This document shows, piece after piece, positions 1-9,627 of a stretch of 12,475 nucleotides of DNA. Positions within the stretch are counted from its first letter, which is position 1. The number at the start of each line of letters is the position of its first letter. The position numbers and the translations under genes are program-made. Source of the DNA: Octopus sinensis (lineage: Eukaryota); contig NW_021826597.1 of the NCBI RefSeq assembly GCF_006345805.1, positions 1 to 12,475 of the forward strand, written 5' to 3'. Below the pieces are notes generated by a model. The model had not been told where the DNA came from. It saw only the letters and a list, made by a program, of their open reading frames with translations, and searched no databases.

Positions 1-2988
1 TCTTGGACACGCATGTAGACTACGTGGGTAGAGATAGGAACAGACGGGGATGCAAATGCCTCAGAGACCTGCTCAGACGCTTCAACTGTCTGACAGGTTC
101 CGACTAGACCACCCGAATGCGCCAACGTGGACATGGAGCAACCGCATCGGGTCATCGAGATCGTATCTAGATAGGATACTGTGTAGGACAGTAGATAGAG
201 ATAGCATAGGATGTCCACAATTCCACATAGTCAGCTACACGGATCACAACTTGTGACATGTACGCTAGACTTAGGTAAGACACTTAGGCAGGTTCCCGGA
301 TACTGAAACTAAACGCGTCTTTCCATCGAGACAAGTTTCAGAGACCGGATTAGCACACTAGTAAAGAGGGCTTTGACGGGAGCCATCATCAACAACAAAT
401 GGTGGTTTGCCCTCAAGAGAGCAGTAAAAGCAGAAGCGATTAGATACAGCAAAGCACTAGCCATAGATAGAAAGAGTAGAGGGTGAGCTAGTTAAGAAGC
501 TAGAAGAGGCAATTAGAAGCGGCATCGCATCCGACGTTTTGGCGGCGAGGTTGGCCCTCGACCAACACTTCATCACGCCAACACGAAGGATTTGCTGTCA
601 GAGCTAGGATGCGTGCTCTAAGGAACGAAGGTGTTGGAGCCGCGAGAGAGGCCCGGGTGGCAGAGGCGCAACAGGGCAACAAAGCCACCATTCGGTCACT
701 GGTAGATGAACAGGGGCGCGAATTGCTCGAGCCAAGTAAAATGTGTGAGGCCTTTCAGCAGCATTTTGCCCGACTGTTCGGAACGAGTGGAGGGCAAGAA
801 CGTAGGGTGGACTTCAGTGCCTACCTACATAGCCTACCACGACTCTCGACAAGAAAGAGGGTGCTGCGAAGGTGCCATCACGGCGGCGGAAGTGCGGGAA
901 GCGATGGCAGAATGCTCGAGGACAAATCACCGGGTTGGGATGGTCTACCCTACGAGCTTTACAATTGCATGCCAGACTTGTTTGGAGATCTCTTGGCGGC
1001 GGTGTACTGCAACTGGCAGCAAAACGGGAGCATTCCTGGTTTTGTGAGCCGAGGAGCCGTAACACTGCTGAAGAAAGATCTAAACAAGGGAAATGTAATA
1101 GATAACTTTGGCCCGTCACTCTGCTTAATGCAGACTTGAAAATTTTGGCCAAGGTGCTAGCCAAGAGGTTGGCGCTTGTCATCGAGAAACTGGTCGACAA
1201 GGCGCAAACATGCGCCGTGCCAGGCCGGACCATCCATGCAACACCTCCATCTGATGCGCTACATCATAGACAGGGTAGTTAACGAACCTGGCATGGGTGG
1301 GGCCCTGATCAACTTGGATCAATCGAAAGCCTTTGATAGGGTGGACCATCGATACTTGGAGGCAGTCCTGAGAGCGGCTGGTTTCGGTCCCGTCTTCCGC
1401 GGCTGGATAGCTGCCTTGTACAGAGGCATCCGTTCGGTAATTCGCGTAAATGGACATCTATCGAGACCTTTCGACATTGCACGTTCGGTCCGTCAGGGAT
1501 GCCCCCTCTCGGCGCTTCTATACGTATTGACTCTTGAGCCACTACTGCGGAAGCTGGCGACTCTAAGGGCATCCCGCTAGAATTGGGATGCGGGACGAGC
1601 GTGTCTGCATACGCGGACGACGTCACCGTCATAGTGTCTAGCCACGAGCACATCGAGCTGGTCGGCGAGACACTGAAAAACTACGAAGCGGTGACAGGAG
1701 CGAAAATCAACCGGAAAAGTCAGTGGGCTTGCGACTAGGCACCTGGAGAAGCAAGCCCATGCCGTCCACCAGCGCCTCCGTCGTGGGACGCTGGACCGAC
1801 GGCCCGGTTGAGTTGCTCGGGGTCTGGTTTGGTCCGGACCTCCAAGTGGAGAAGAACTGGAACGAGATAACGAGTAGGGTGGTCACTCTCGCCCGCAATG
1901 GGCCGAGAGGAAACTGTCCCTAAAAGGTCGAGCGGAGGTGGCGAACACGTACATCGCGTCCGTCATCTACTACCGCCTGACCGTCGTACCTTGTCCCGAC
2001 CCTACCATCACCAAACTACAACGCATCCTCTTTCGCTTCTTGTGGAAAGGATGCGTCCCGATGGTCAGGCGATCCATTTGCTGTCAACACCCGTTAAAAG
2101 GAGGGCTGGGCATGCCGTGGTTGATGATGCGCAGACACGCGCTGAGACTCGGACTCTCTGGCTCTATGTAGACGACGGTGAACAGTGTGGTCGCCGTTTG
2201 TGAGGCACGCTTTCCCGCAGCTCGTCTCCATGACCGAACTGCAGTCGTGGATCAAAAAGAGGCCGAGGAAGGGCGAATGGCACCGCGAGAGTCGCGTTGC
2301 TCTCAGCCAACTCTGCCGTCCTGGGTCGACCTTAAGTGACTTCAACACAACCAAAGCATTCTATAGGGGGTTTAGTGGAGGGAGGTACGACGACGAGCTC
2401 GGGGCGAACCTGGACGTCGACGAGGAGTACCTGACCCGCCTGTTCGGGACGACTTTCGGGCCAGGGCCCATGGACAACTTCCAGAGATCCCTGGCCTGGC
2501 AGTGCTACCGAGAAGCGCTACCCGTTCGGGATAAGCTCTACAGACACGGCTCGAAAAACACGGGGCCGACCTGCCCGAGATGCGGTCAGAGCGACGAAAC
2601 CGTTCTGCACGCACTCGTTCAGTGTCCAACAATTTCCGACCTGTGGGCTTATGTCGAACAACTGCTGTCACGTGTGGGACGAGTCGGTTTATCAGCTGAG
2701 TCTATCGTCAATATTGTCACGCCTCCTTCCTTCAAACGGGAAGGAAGAGCTATTTTCATCATCCTTGTGGCTATGGCGAAAGAATGTATCTGGTGGACGC
2801 GTCTGAAAGGATTGGAGACAAACACTTTCCTCTCTGGTCAATCTCTCATCAACTTCTTCAAGTACCACGTGAAAGGAAAGTGAGAGTAGAGAGGCAAGTT
2901 TTGTCTAGCGAATGTTTTAAAAAGATGGGTGAATGTAGCAAGAATGGCACGTATGAATGACGAAGCCACCTTGAGCATAGTCCTATGA
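1..2988 (+). pseudogene. ORF2 of copy A (APE endonuclease C-terminus, reverse transcriptase, zf-RVT-type zinc finger), frameshifted as assembled
   Basis: Plus-strand ORF fragments 50-256, 609-1139, 1176-1580, 1723-1923, 1938-2171 and 2185-2883 stitch into one ORF2. Stop TGA at 2986-2988 corresponds to 8895-8897 in copy B. Confidence 0.88.
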
Positions 2989-3384
2989 ACCCAGAAATCG
3001 AAAACAGAGAGTTGCTTATTTGCAAAAAAAAAAAAAAAAAAGAAATATAAAATGTGACTTCATTGACCGAGGTTACCGTGGTCTTTTCCGCAGGCTTTTC
3101 TTTCCACGGGTAAAACCTCACCTGTCCTCCCCTTTACACTTCATATTGACATTTCTGTGATAACGATCCTATTGATCATTTTTTTTTTTTTTTCCTCTCC
3201 CCCCCCCTTTTTTTTTTTTAACCCCCCCTTATTTTTGTCCTCTTTCTCTCCTTTACGATCCCTTTTGATCGAACCTCCCCCTTCCTTTTTTTTTTTTTTT
3301 TTTTTTTATTTTAATACCTTCAAAAGAAAGCTCTACCTTGTAATTTGTTCTATCTGTGTGCAGCCCTGTGTGGCTATAAAGAAA

Positions 3385-3385
<1 letters not shown>
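2989..3385 (+). other. 3' UTR of copy A: internal A18 tract, stem-loops, pyrimidine tracts, terminal ATAAAGAAAC
   Basis: Lies between the ORF2 stop and the TATC repeat. Homologous sequence at 3608-3976, 4062-4414 and 8898-9280. Confidence 0.85.
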
Positions 3386-3421
<36 letters not shown>

Positions 3422-3516
3422 CATCCATCCATCCGTCCATCTGTCCGTCCGTCCGTCTGTTCGTCCGTCTGTTCGTCTGTCTGCCAATCTATTCTATCTA
3501 TCTATCTATCTATCTA
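3386..3516. repeat. Compound tetranucleotide microsatellite (TATC)n-(TCCA/TCCG/TCTG cassette)-(TATC)n
   Basis: Read directly from the sequence; variant cassette at about 3421-3490. Confidence 0.95.
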
Positions 3517-3600
3517 TTTTTTTTTAAACCTTCAAAAGAAAAGCTCTACCTTGTAATTTGTTTCTATCTGTGTGCAGCCTGTGTGGCTAATAAAGAAACA
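3517..3600 (+). mobile_element. Extreme 3'-terminal fragment (about 84 bp) of the same element
   Basis: T-tract-AAACCTTCAAAAGAAAAGCTCTACCTTGTAATTTG...GGCTAATAAAGAAACA matches the last part of the UTR. Only TATCT follows before the next copy. Confidence 0.9.
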
Positions 3601-3607
3601 TATCTTC

Positions 3608-3976
3608 TTGCTTATTTGCAAAAAAAAAAAAAAAAAAAAGAAATATAAAATGTGACTCATTGACCGAGGTTACCGTGGTCTTTCCGCAGGCTTTTCTTTC
3701 CCGGGTAAACTCACCTGTCCTCCCCTTTACACTTCAATTGACTTTCTGTGATAACGATCCCTATTGATCATTTTTTTTCCTCTCCTCTCCCCCCCACTTT
3801 TTTTTTTTTTTTAACCCCCTTATTTTTGTCCTCTTTCTCTCCTTTAACGATCCTTTTGACGAATCCAACCTCCCCCTTCTTTTTTTTTTTTTTTTTTTTT
3901 TTTAATACCTTCAAGAAAAGCTCTACCTTGTAATTTGTTCATCTGTGTGCAGCCCTGTGTGGCTAATAAAGAAACA
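3608..3976 (+). mobile_element. 3'-UTR-only copy (about 370 bp) of the same element
   Basis: Starts at TTGCTTATTTGC (equivalent to 3012 in copy A) and ends AATAAAGAAACA followed by (TATC)n. Confidence 0.92.
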
Positions 3977-4027
<51 letters not shown>

Positions 4028-4061
4028 ATATCTGTCTGTCTGTCTGTATGTCTGTCTGTCT
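3977..4061. repeat. (TATC)n then (TCTG)n microsatellite spacer
   Basis: Read directly from the sequence. Confidence 0.95.
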
Positions 4062-4414
4062 GAAAACAGAGAGTTGCTTATTCGCAAAAAAAAAAAGAAA
4101 TATAACATGTGACTCCATTGACCGAGGTTACCGTGGTCTTTTCCGCAGGCTTTTCTTTCCACGGGTAAACCTCACCTGTCCTCCCCTTTACACTTCATAT
4201 TGACATTTCTGTGATAACGATCCTTATTGATCAATTTTTTTTTCCTCTCCCCCTTTTTTTTAACCCCCCTTTTTTTGTCCTCTTTCTCTCCTTTTACGAT
4301 CCCTTTTGATCGAAACTCCCCTTTCCTTTTTTTTTTTTTAAACCTTCAAAAGAAAAGCTCTACCTTGTAATTTGTTCTATCTGTGTGCAGCCCTGTGTGG
4401 CTAATAAAGAAACA
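4062..4414 (+). mobile_element. 3'-UTR-only copy (about 353 bp) of the same element
   Basis: Starts at GAAAACAGAGAG (equivalent to 3000 in copy A) and ends AATAAAGAAACA followed by (TATC)n. Confidence 0.92.
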
Positions 4415-4448
<34 letters not shown>

Positions 4449-4479
4449 GCTATCTATCTATCTATCTATCTATCTATCT
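4415..4479. repeat. (TATC)n microsatellite spacer
   Basis: Read directly from the sequence; one interruption (TAGC) near 4448. Confidence 0.96.
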
Positions 4480-4480
4480 G

Positions 4481-5448
4481 CTTCAATTGGATGAAGCAGC
4501 AAGAGAGAAGATACCCACCGCTATAGAACTGCCAGGAGCTACAAACTCTATATAGTGGTTGAGGGCAGGCGACCACGCTGCTATTTGTGTGGAAGCGAAA
4601 CACACTTGAAAAAGACGTGCCCAACCACTGCACACCAAGAGCAACAACACAACCCTACTACAACCAAAGCACTCCGGAAAAAAAGCTCTACTACCCCACA
4701 CCACCATCAACACAGAAGACGACAAGAGAAGCACACCAAGCTAATCCGTCATCACCAAAAACCAAACCACTCAACACACTGAAAAAATACCAACACCACC
4801 AACAACAGCAAACCCAAAGGAACAGAAAAACAAAGAAAACACACACAAACTGATCCCCCATCCCTTATACCGCACTCAACACACACAAACACTCAAAACC
4901 AACAACAACGAAAACAACAACACAACCACTTACACACAGACATACATAAGCCCACAACATACCCCTACCCCCTTCTGATTCCTCAGAATTTCGTCGGAAG
5001 ACGAAACCAGTGAGGAATGGCAAATAGCTACAAAAAGAAGGGAAAATAAAGAGCAGAAACACAACCAAACCAAATGCAAACACGAACAAAGCAGGGGAAA
5101 TACATCTCCGAAGACATTTCAAAACCCAACGCAAACAACAGCCACACCAACACCACAAAAACATATACAGCAAAACATGCTCACAGCCATAGACACCAAA
5201 AACACAAATTTGATGGAATACATCCAATCAAAACAACATAACAGAAGATGACTAAAACAAACATCACCCATACACAACACCACCAGACCACATCAAAATA
5301 TTACACATCTCCAAAAGTCTGCACCACACACTCAAAGGCATTTTCCCGTGCGGTTGGTAAATGCCAAAAATATCTCACAAAGAAACTGTACTGGGATCTT
5401 CTCGAGGACAAACCAACGGAGGAGAAAGCAAAAACTTTCGAGCAGTAA
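4481..5448 (+). pseudogene. ORF1 C-terminal part: CCHC zinc knuckle plus a long low-complexity tail, frameshifted
   Basis: Approximately LQLDEAAREKIPTAIELPGAT(K)LYIVVEGRRPR-CYLCGSETHLKKTC. The CX2CX4HX4C knuckle is at 4579-4620, after one inferred 1-bp indel near 4545. The T/Q/K/P/H/N-rich tail ends ...EEKAKTFEQ-TAA (5446-5448); assigning that stop to ORF1 is inferred from position. Confidence 0.78.
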
Positions 5449-5479
5449 GTAACCCTCTGTATTCTAATTCATTAGAACT

Positions 5480-8400
5480 ATGATCAAGATTGGTTGTGTA
5501 AATGCGCGTGGCTTGGGGTCCCCTGGAAACAAGGGTACCTCTTAAATGACATAAAGTCACATAAGTTAGAAATCATAGCCATAAGCGAGACCAGACTCCA
5601 CAATCCGCGGGCCCTAAAGACCATGTTTGGCGGACAGTTCAACATTATTTTTCCCCCTGTCTGCCGAGAATGGGCGGTAGTGGCACCGCGGTACTTTTTC
5701 ACAAGAGTCTGGATCTCAAGTAAGGACAATATTCGTAGACCCCGGAGGGTAGACTGGTCGTCCTGGATGTCGACGGCAGCAATGGTTGCGCGCTTTCGAC
5801 TCGTATCAGTTTACGCACCGCCCTTAACAGGTCGGGCGGATTTCTTTCAACGTCTAGAAGTTTTCTTGGGAACGTCTCGTCCTTTACCTTAGTGGGGGAT
5901 TGGAATGCTACCTTGGACACGCATGTAGACTACGTGGGTAGAGATAGGAACAGACGGGGATGCAAATGCCTCAGAGACCTGCTCAGACGCTTTCAACTGT
6001 CTGACAGGTTCCGACTAGACCACCCGAATGCGCCAACGTGGACATGGAGCAACCGCATCGGGTCTCGAGATCGTATCTAGATAGGATACTGTGTAGGACA
6101 GTAGATAGAGATAGCATAGGATGTCCACAATTCCACATAGTCAGCTACACGGATCACAAACTTGTGACATGTACGCTAGACTTAGGTAAGAACTTAGGCA
6201 GGGTCCCGGATACTGGAAACTAAACGCGTCTTTCCCATCGAGACAGTTTTCAGAGACCGGATTAGCACACTAGTAAAGAGGGCTTTGACGGGAGCCATCA
6301 TCAACAACAAATTGTGGTTTGCCCTCAAGAGAGCAGTAAAAGAAGCGATTAGATACAGCAAAGCACTAGCCATAGATAGAAATAGAGTAGAGGGTGAGCT
6401 AGTTAAGAAGCTAGAAGAGGCAATTAGAAGCGGCATCGCATCCGACGTTTTGGCGGCGAGGTTGGCCCTCGACCAACACTTCAACGCCAAACACGAAGGA
6501 TGTGCTGTCAGAGCTAGGATGCGTGCTCTAAGGAACGAAGGTGTTGGAGCCGCGAGAGAGCCCGGGTGGCAGAGGCGCAACAGGGCAACAAAGCCACCAT
6601 TCGGTCTGCACTGGTAGATGAACAGGGCGCGAATTGCTCGAGCCAAGTAAAATGTGTTGAGGCCTTTCAGCAGCATTTTGCCCGACTGTTCGGAACGAGT
6701 GGAGGGCAAGAACGTAGGGTGGACTTCAGTGCCTACCTACATAGCCTACCACGACTCTCGACAAGAAAGGCAGGGTGCTGCGAAGGTGCCATCACGGCGG
6801 CGGAAGTGCGGGAAGCGATGCAGAATGCTCGAGGGACAAATCACCGGGTTTGGATGGTCTACCCTACGAGCTTTACAATTGCATGCCAGACTTGTTGGGA
6901 GATCTCTTGGCGGCGGTGTACTGCAACTGGCAGCAAAACGGGAGCATTCCTGGTTTTGTGAGCCGAGGAGCCGTAACACTGCTGAGAAAGATCTAAACAA
7001 GGGAAATGTAATAGATAACTTTGGCCCATCACTCTGCTTAATGCAGACTTGAAATTTTGGCCAAGGTGCTAGCCAAGAGGTTGGCGCTTGTCATCGAGAA
7101 ACTGGTCGACAGGCGCAAACATGCGCCGTGCCAGGCCGGACCATCCATGACAACCTCCATCTGATGCGCTACATCATAGACAGGGTAGTTAACGAACCTG
7201 GCATGGGTGGGGCCCTGATCAACTTGGATCAATCGAAAGCCTTTGATAGGGTGGACCATCGATACTTGGAGGCAGTCCTGAGAGCGGCTGGTTTCGGGCC
7301 CGTCTTCCGCGGCTGGATAGCTGCTTTGTACAGAGGCATCCGTTCGGTAATTCGCGTAAATGGACATCTATCGAGACCTTTCGACATTGCACGTTCGGTC
7401 CGTCAGGGATGCCCCCTCTCGGCGCTTCTATACGTATTGACTCTTGAGCCACTACTGCGGAAGCTGGCGACTCTAAGGGGCATCCCGCGAGAATTGGGAT
7501 GCGGGACGAGCGTGTCTGCATACGCGGACGACGTCACCGTCATAGTGTCTAGCCACGAGCACATCGAGCTGGTCGGCGAGACACTGAAAAACTACGAAGC
7601 GGTGACAGGAGCGAAAATCAACCGGGAAAAGTCAGTGGGCTTGCGACTAGGCACCTGGAGAAGCAAGCCATGCCGTCCACCAGCGCCTCCGTCGTGGGAC
7701 GCTGGACCGACGGCCCGGTTGAGTTGCTCGGGGTCTGGTTTGGTCCGGACCTCCAAGTGGAGAAGAACTGGAACGAGATAACGAGTAGGGTGGTCACTCT
7801 CGCCCGCAATGGCCGAGAGGAAACTGTCCCTAAAAGGTCGCGGAGGTGGCGAACACGTACATCGCGTCCGTCTCATCTACTACCGCCTGACCGTCGTACC
7901 TTGTCCCGACCCTACCATCACCAAACTACAACGCATCCTCTTTCGCTTCTTGTGGAAAGGATGCGTCCGATGGTCAGGCGATCCATTTGCTGTCAACACC
8001 CGTTAAAAGGAGGGCTGGGCATGCCGTGGTTGATGATGCGCAGACACGCGCTGAGACTGCGACATCTCTGGCTCTATGTAGACGACGGTGAACAGGTGTG
8101 GTCGCCGTTTGTGAGGCACGCTTTCCCGCAGCTCGTCTCCATGACCGAACTGCAGTCGTGGATCAAAAAGAGGCCGAGGAAGGGCGAATGGCACCGCGAG
8201 TGTCGCGTTGCTCTCAAGCAACTCTGCCGTCCTGGGTCGACCTTAAGTGACTTCAACACAACCAAAGCATTCTATAGGGGTTTAGTGGAGGGGAGGTACG
8301 ACGACGAGCTCGGGGCGAACCTGGACGTCGACGAGGAGTACCTGACCCCCTGTTCGGGACGACTTTCGGGCCAGGGCCCATGGACAACTTCCAGAGATCC

Positions 8401-8897
8401 CTGGCCTGGCAGTGCTACCGAGAAGCGCTACCCGTTCGGGATAAGCTCTACAGACACGGCTCGAGAAACACGGGGCCGACCTGCCCGAATGCGGTCAAGC
8501 GACGAAACCGTTCTGCACGCACTCGTTCAGTGTCCAACAATTTCCGACCTGTGGGCTTATGTCGACAACTGCTGTCACGTGTGGGACGAGTCGGTTTATC
8601 AGCTGAGTCTATCGTCAATATTGTCACGCCTCCTTCCTTCAAACGGGAAGGAAGAGCTATTTTCATCATCCTTGTGGCTATGGCGAAAGAATGTATCTGG
8701 TGGACGCGTCTGAAAGGATTGGAGACAAACACTTTCCTCTCTGGTCAACTCTCATCAACTTCTTCAAGTACCACTTGAAAAGGAAAGTGAGAGTAGAGAG
8801 GCAAGTTTTGTCTAGCGAATGTTTTAAAAAAAGATGGGTGAATGTAGCAAGAATGGCACGTATGAATGACGAAGCCACCTTGAGCATAGTCCTATGA
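5480..8897 (+). pseudogene. ORF2 of copy B: APE endonuclease, reverse transcriptase and C-terminal zinc finger (about 1140 codons), frameshifted as assembled
   Basis: ATG at 5480 gives MIKIGCVNARGL. APE motifs: IIAISETR, GDWN (5895-5906), YLDR, TDH (6149-6157). Linker GPGYWKLN. RT motifs: PGRTIHDN, LDQSKAFDRV, QGCPLS (7404-7421), YADD (7521-7532). Then PLKGGLGMP and CP.C...ETVLHALVQC. Stop at 8895-8897. Confidence 0.92.
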
Positions 8898-9280
8898 ACC
8901 CAGAAATCGAAAACAGAGAGTTGCTTATTTGCAAAAAAAAAAAAAAAAAGAAATATAAAATGTGACTTCATTGACCGAGGTTACCGTGGTCTTTTCCGTA
9001 GGCTTTCTTTCCACGGGTAAACCTCACCTGTCCTCCCCTTTACACTTCATATTGACATTTCTGTGATAACGATCCCTATTGATCAAATTTTTTTTTTTTT
9101 TTTTTTTTTTTCTCTCCCCCTTTTTAACCCCCCTTTTTTTGTCCTCTTTCTCTCCTTTTACGATCCCTTTTGATCGAAACTCCCCCGTCCTTTTTTTTTT
9201 TTTTTAAAACCTTCAAAGAAAAGCTCTACCTTGTAATTTGTTCTATCTGTGTGCAGCCCAGTGTGGCTAATAAAGAAACA
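8898..9280 (+). other. 3' UTR of copy B
   Basis: Homologous to 2989-3385; ends AATAAAGAAACA at the TATC junction. Confidence 0.87.
9269..9274 (+). promoter_or_regulatory. Putative polyadenylation signal AATAAA, 6 nt from the element end
   Basis: Same position in other copies (3589-3594, 3965-3970, 4403-4408); copy A reads ATAAA. Function is not shown. Confidence 0.55.
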
Positions 9281-9346
9281 TATCTATCCATCCATCCGTC
9301 ACGTCCGTCCGTCCGTCTGTTCGTCCGTCTGTCCGCCTGTCTGCCA

Positions 9347-9421
<75 letters not shown>

Positions 9422-9482
9422 CATCCATCCGTCCATCTGTCCGTCCGTCCGTCTGTTCGTCCGTCTGTTCGTCTGTCTGCCA

Positions 9483-9573
<91 letters not shown>

Positions 9574-9627
9574 CATCCATTCCATCCGTCCATCTGTCCG
9601 TCCGTCCGTCTGTTCGTCTGTCTGCCA

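Larger units (their letters stand above)
1..3385 (+). mobile_element. Tx1-like (L1 clade) non-LTR retrotransposon, copy A; 5' part lies outside the window
   Basis: APE C-terminal motifs (SYLDRIL, SYTDH), RT motifs (LINLDQSKAFDRVDH, QGCPLS at 1494-1511, YADD at 1610-1621), C-terminal CX2CX8HX4C at 2572-2625 and a 3' UTR ending at a TATC repeat. Colinear with copy B at an offset of about 5910 bp. Confidence 0.93.
4480..9280 (+). mobile_element. Tx1-like non-LTR retrotransposon, copy B, 5'-truncated within ORF1
   Basis: ORF1 remnant with gag-type zinc knuckle, full-span ORF2 (APE-RT-CCHC) and 3' UTR, flanked on both sides by (TATC)n. Confidence 0.94.

Noticed and set aside
3330-3375. AGCTCT...AATTTGTTCTA plus a 3' hairpin resembles the vertebrate U7 snRNA Sm-site region (AGCUCUUUUAGAAUUUGUCUAG)
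   Set aside because: The match is short and AT-rich, the spacing differs, the hairpin is only 4 bp and there is no snRNA promoter context; chance similarity is likely. An Infernal search with the U7 model would settle it.
3386-4479. Repeat-spacer-like alternation suggestive of a CRISPR array
   Set aside because: The long units are homologous retroelement UTRs separated by microsatellite, in a eukaryotic context with no cas genes.
7128-7781. RT as group II intron, retron, DGR or LTR-type reverse transcriptase
   Set aside because: The N-terminal APE domain, QGCPLS/YADD spacing, zf-RVT-type C-terminus, knuckle ORF1 and absence of LTRs, integrase or RNase H place it in the non-LTR L1/Tx1 group.
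500-8971. Many minus-strand and alternate-frame ORFs of 60-170 aa overlapping ORF2
   Set aside because: They are shadows of a GC-rich coding strand, have no recognisable motifs, and their boundaries shift between A and B with the indels.
1-9280. The whole A/B duplication as a pure assembly artefact
   Set aside because: Not fully excluded, but linked diagnostic UTR variants, scattered substitutions and different downstream neighbours for A and B favour distinct copies. Spanning reads are still needed.
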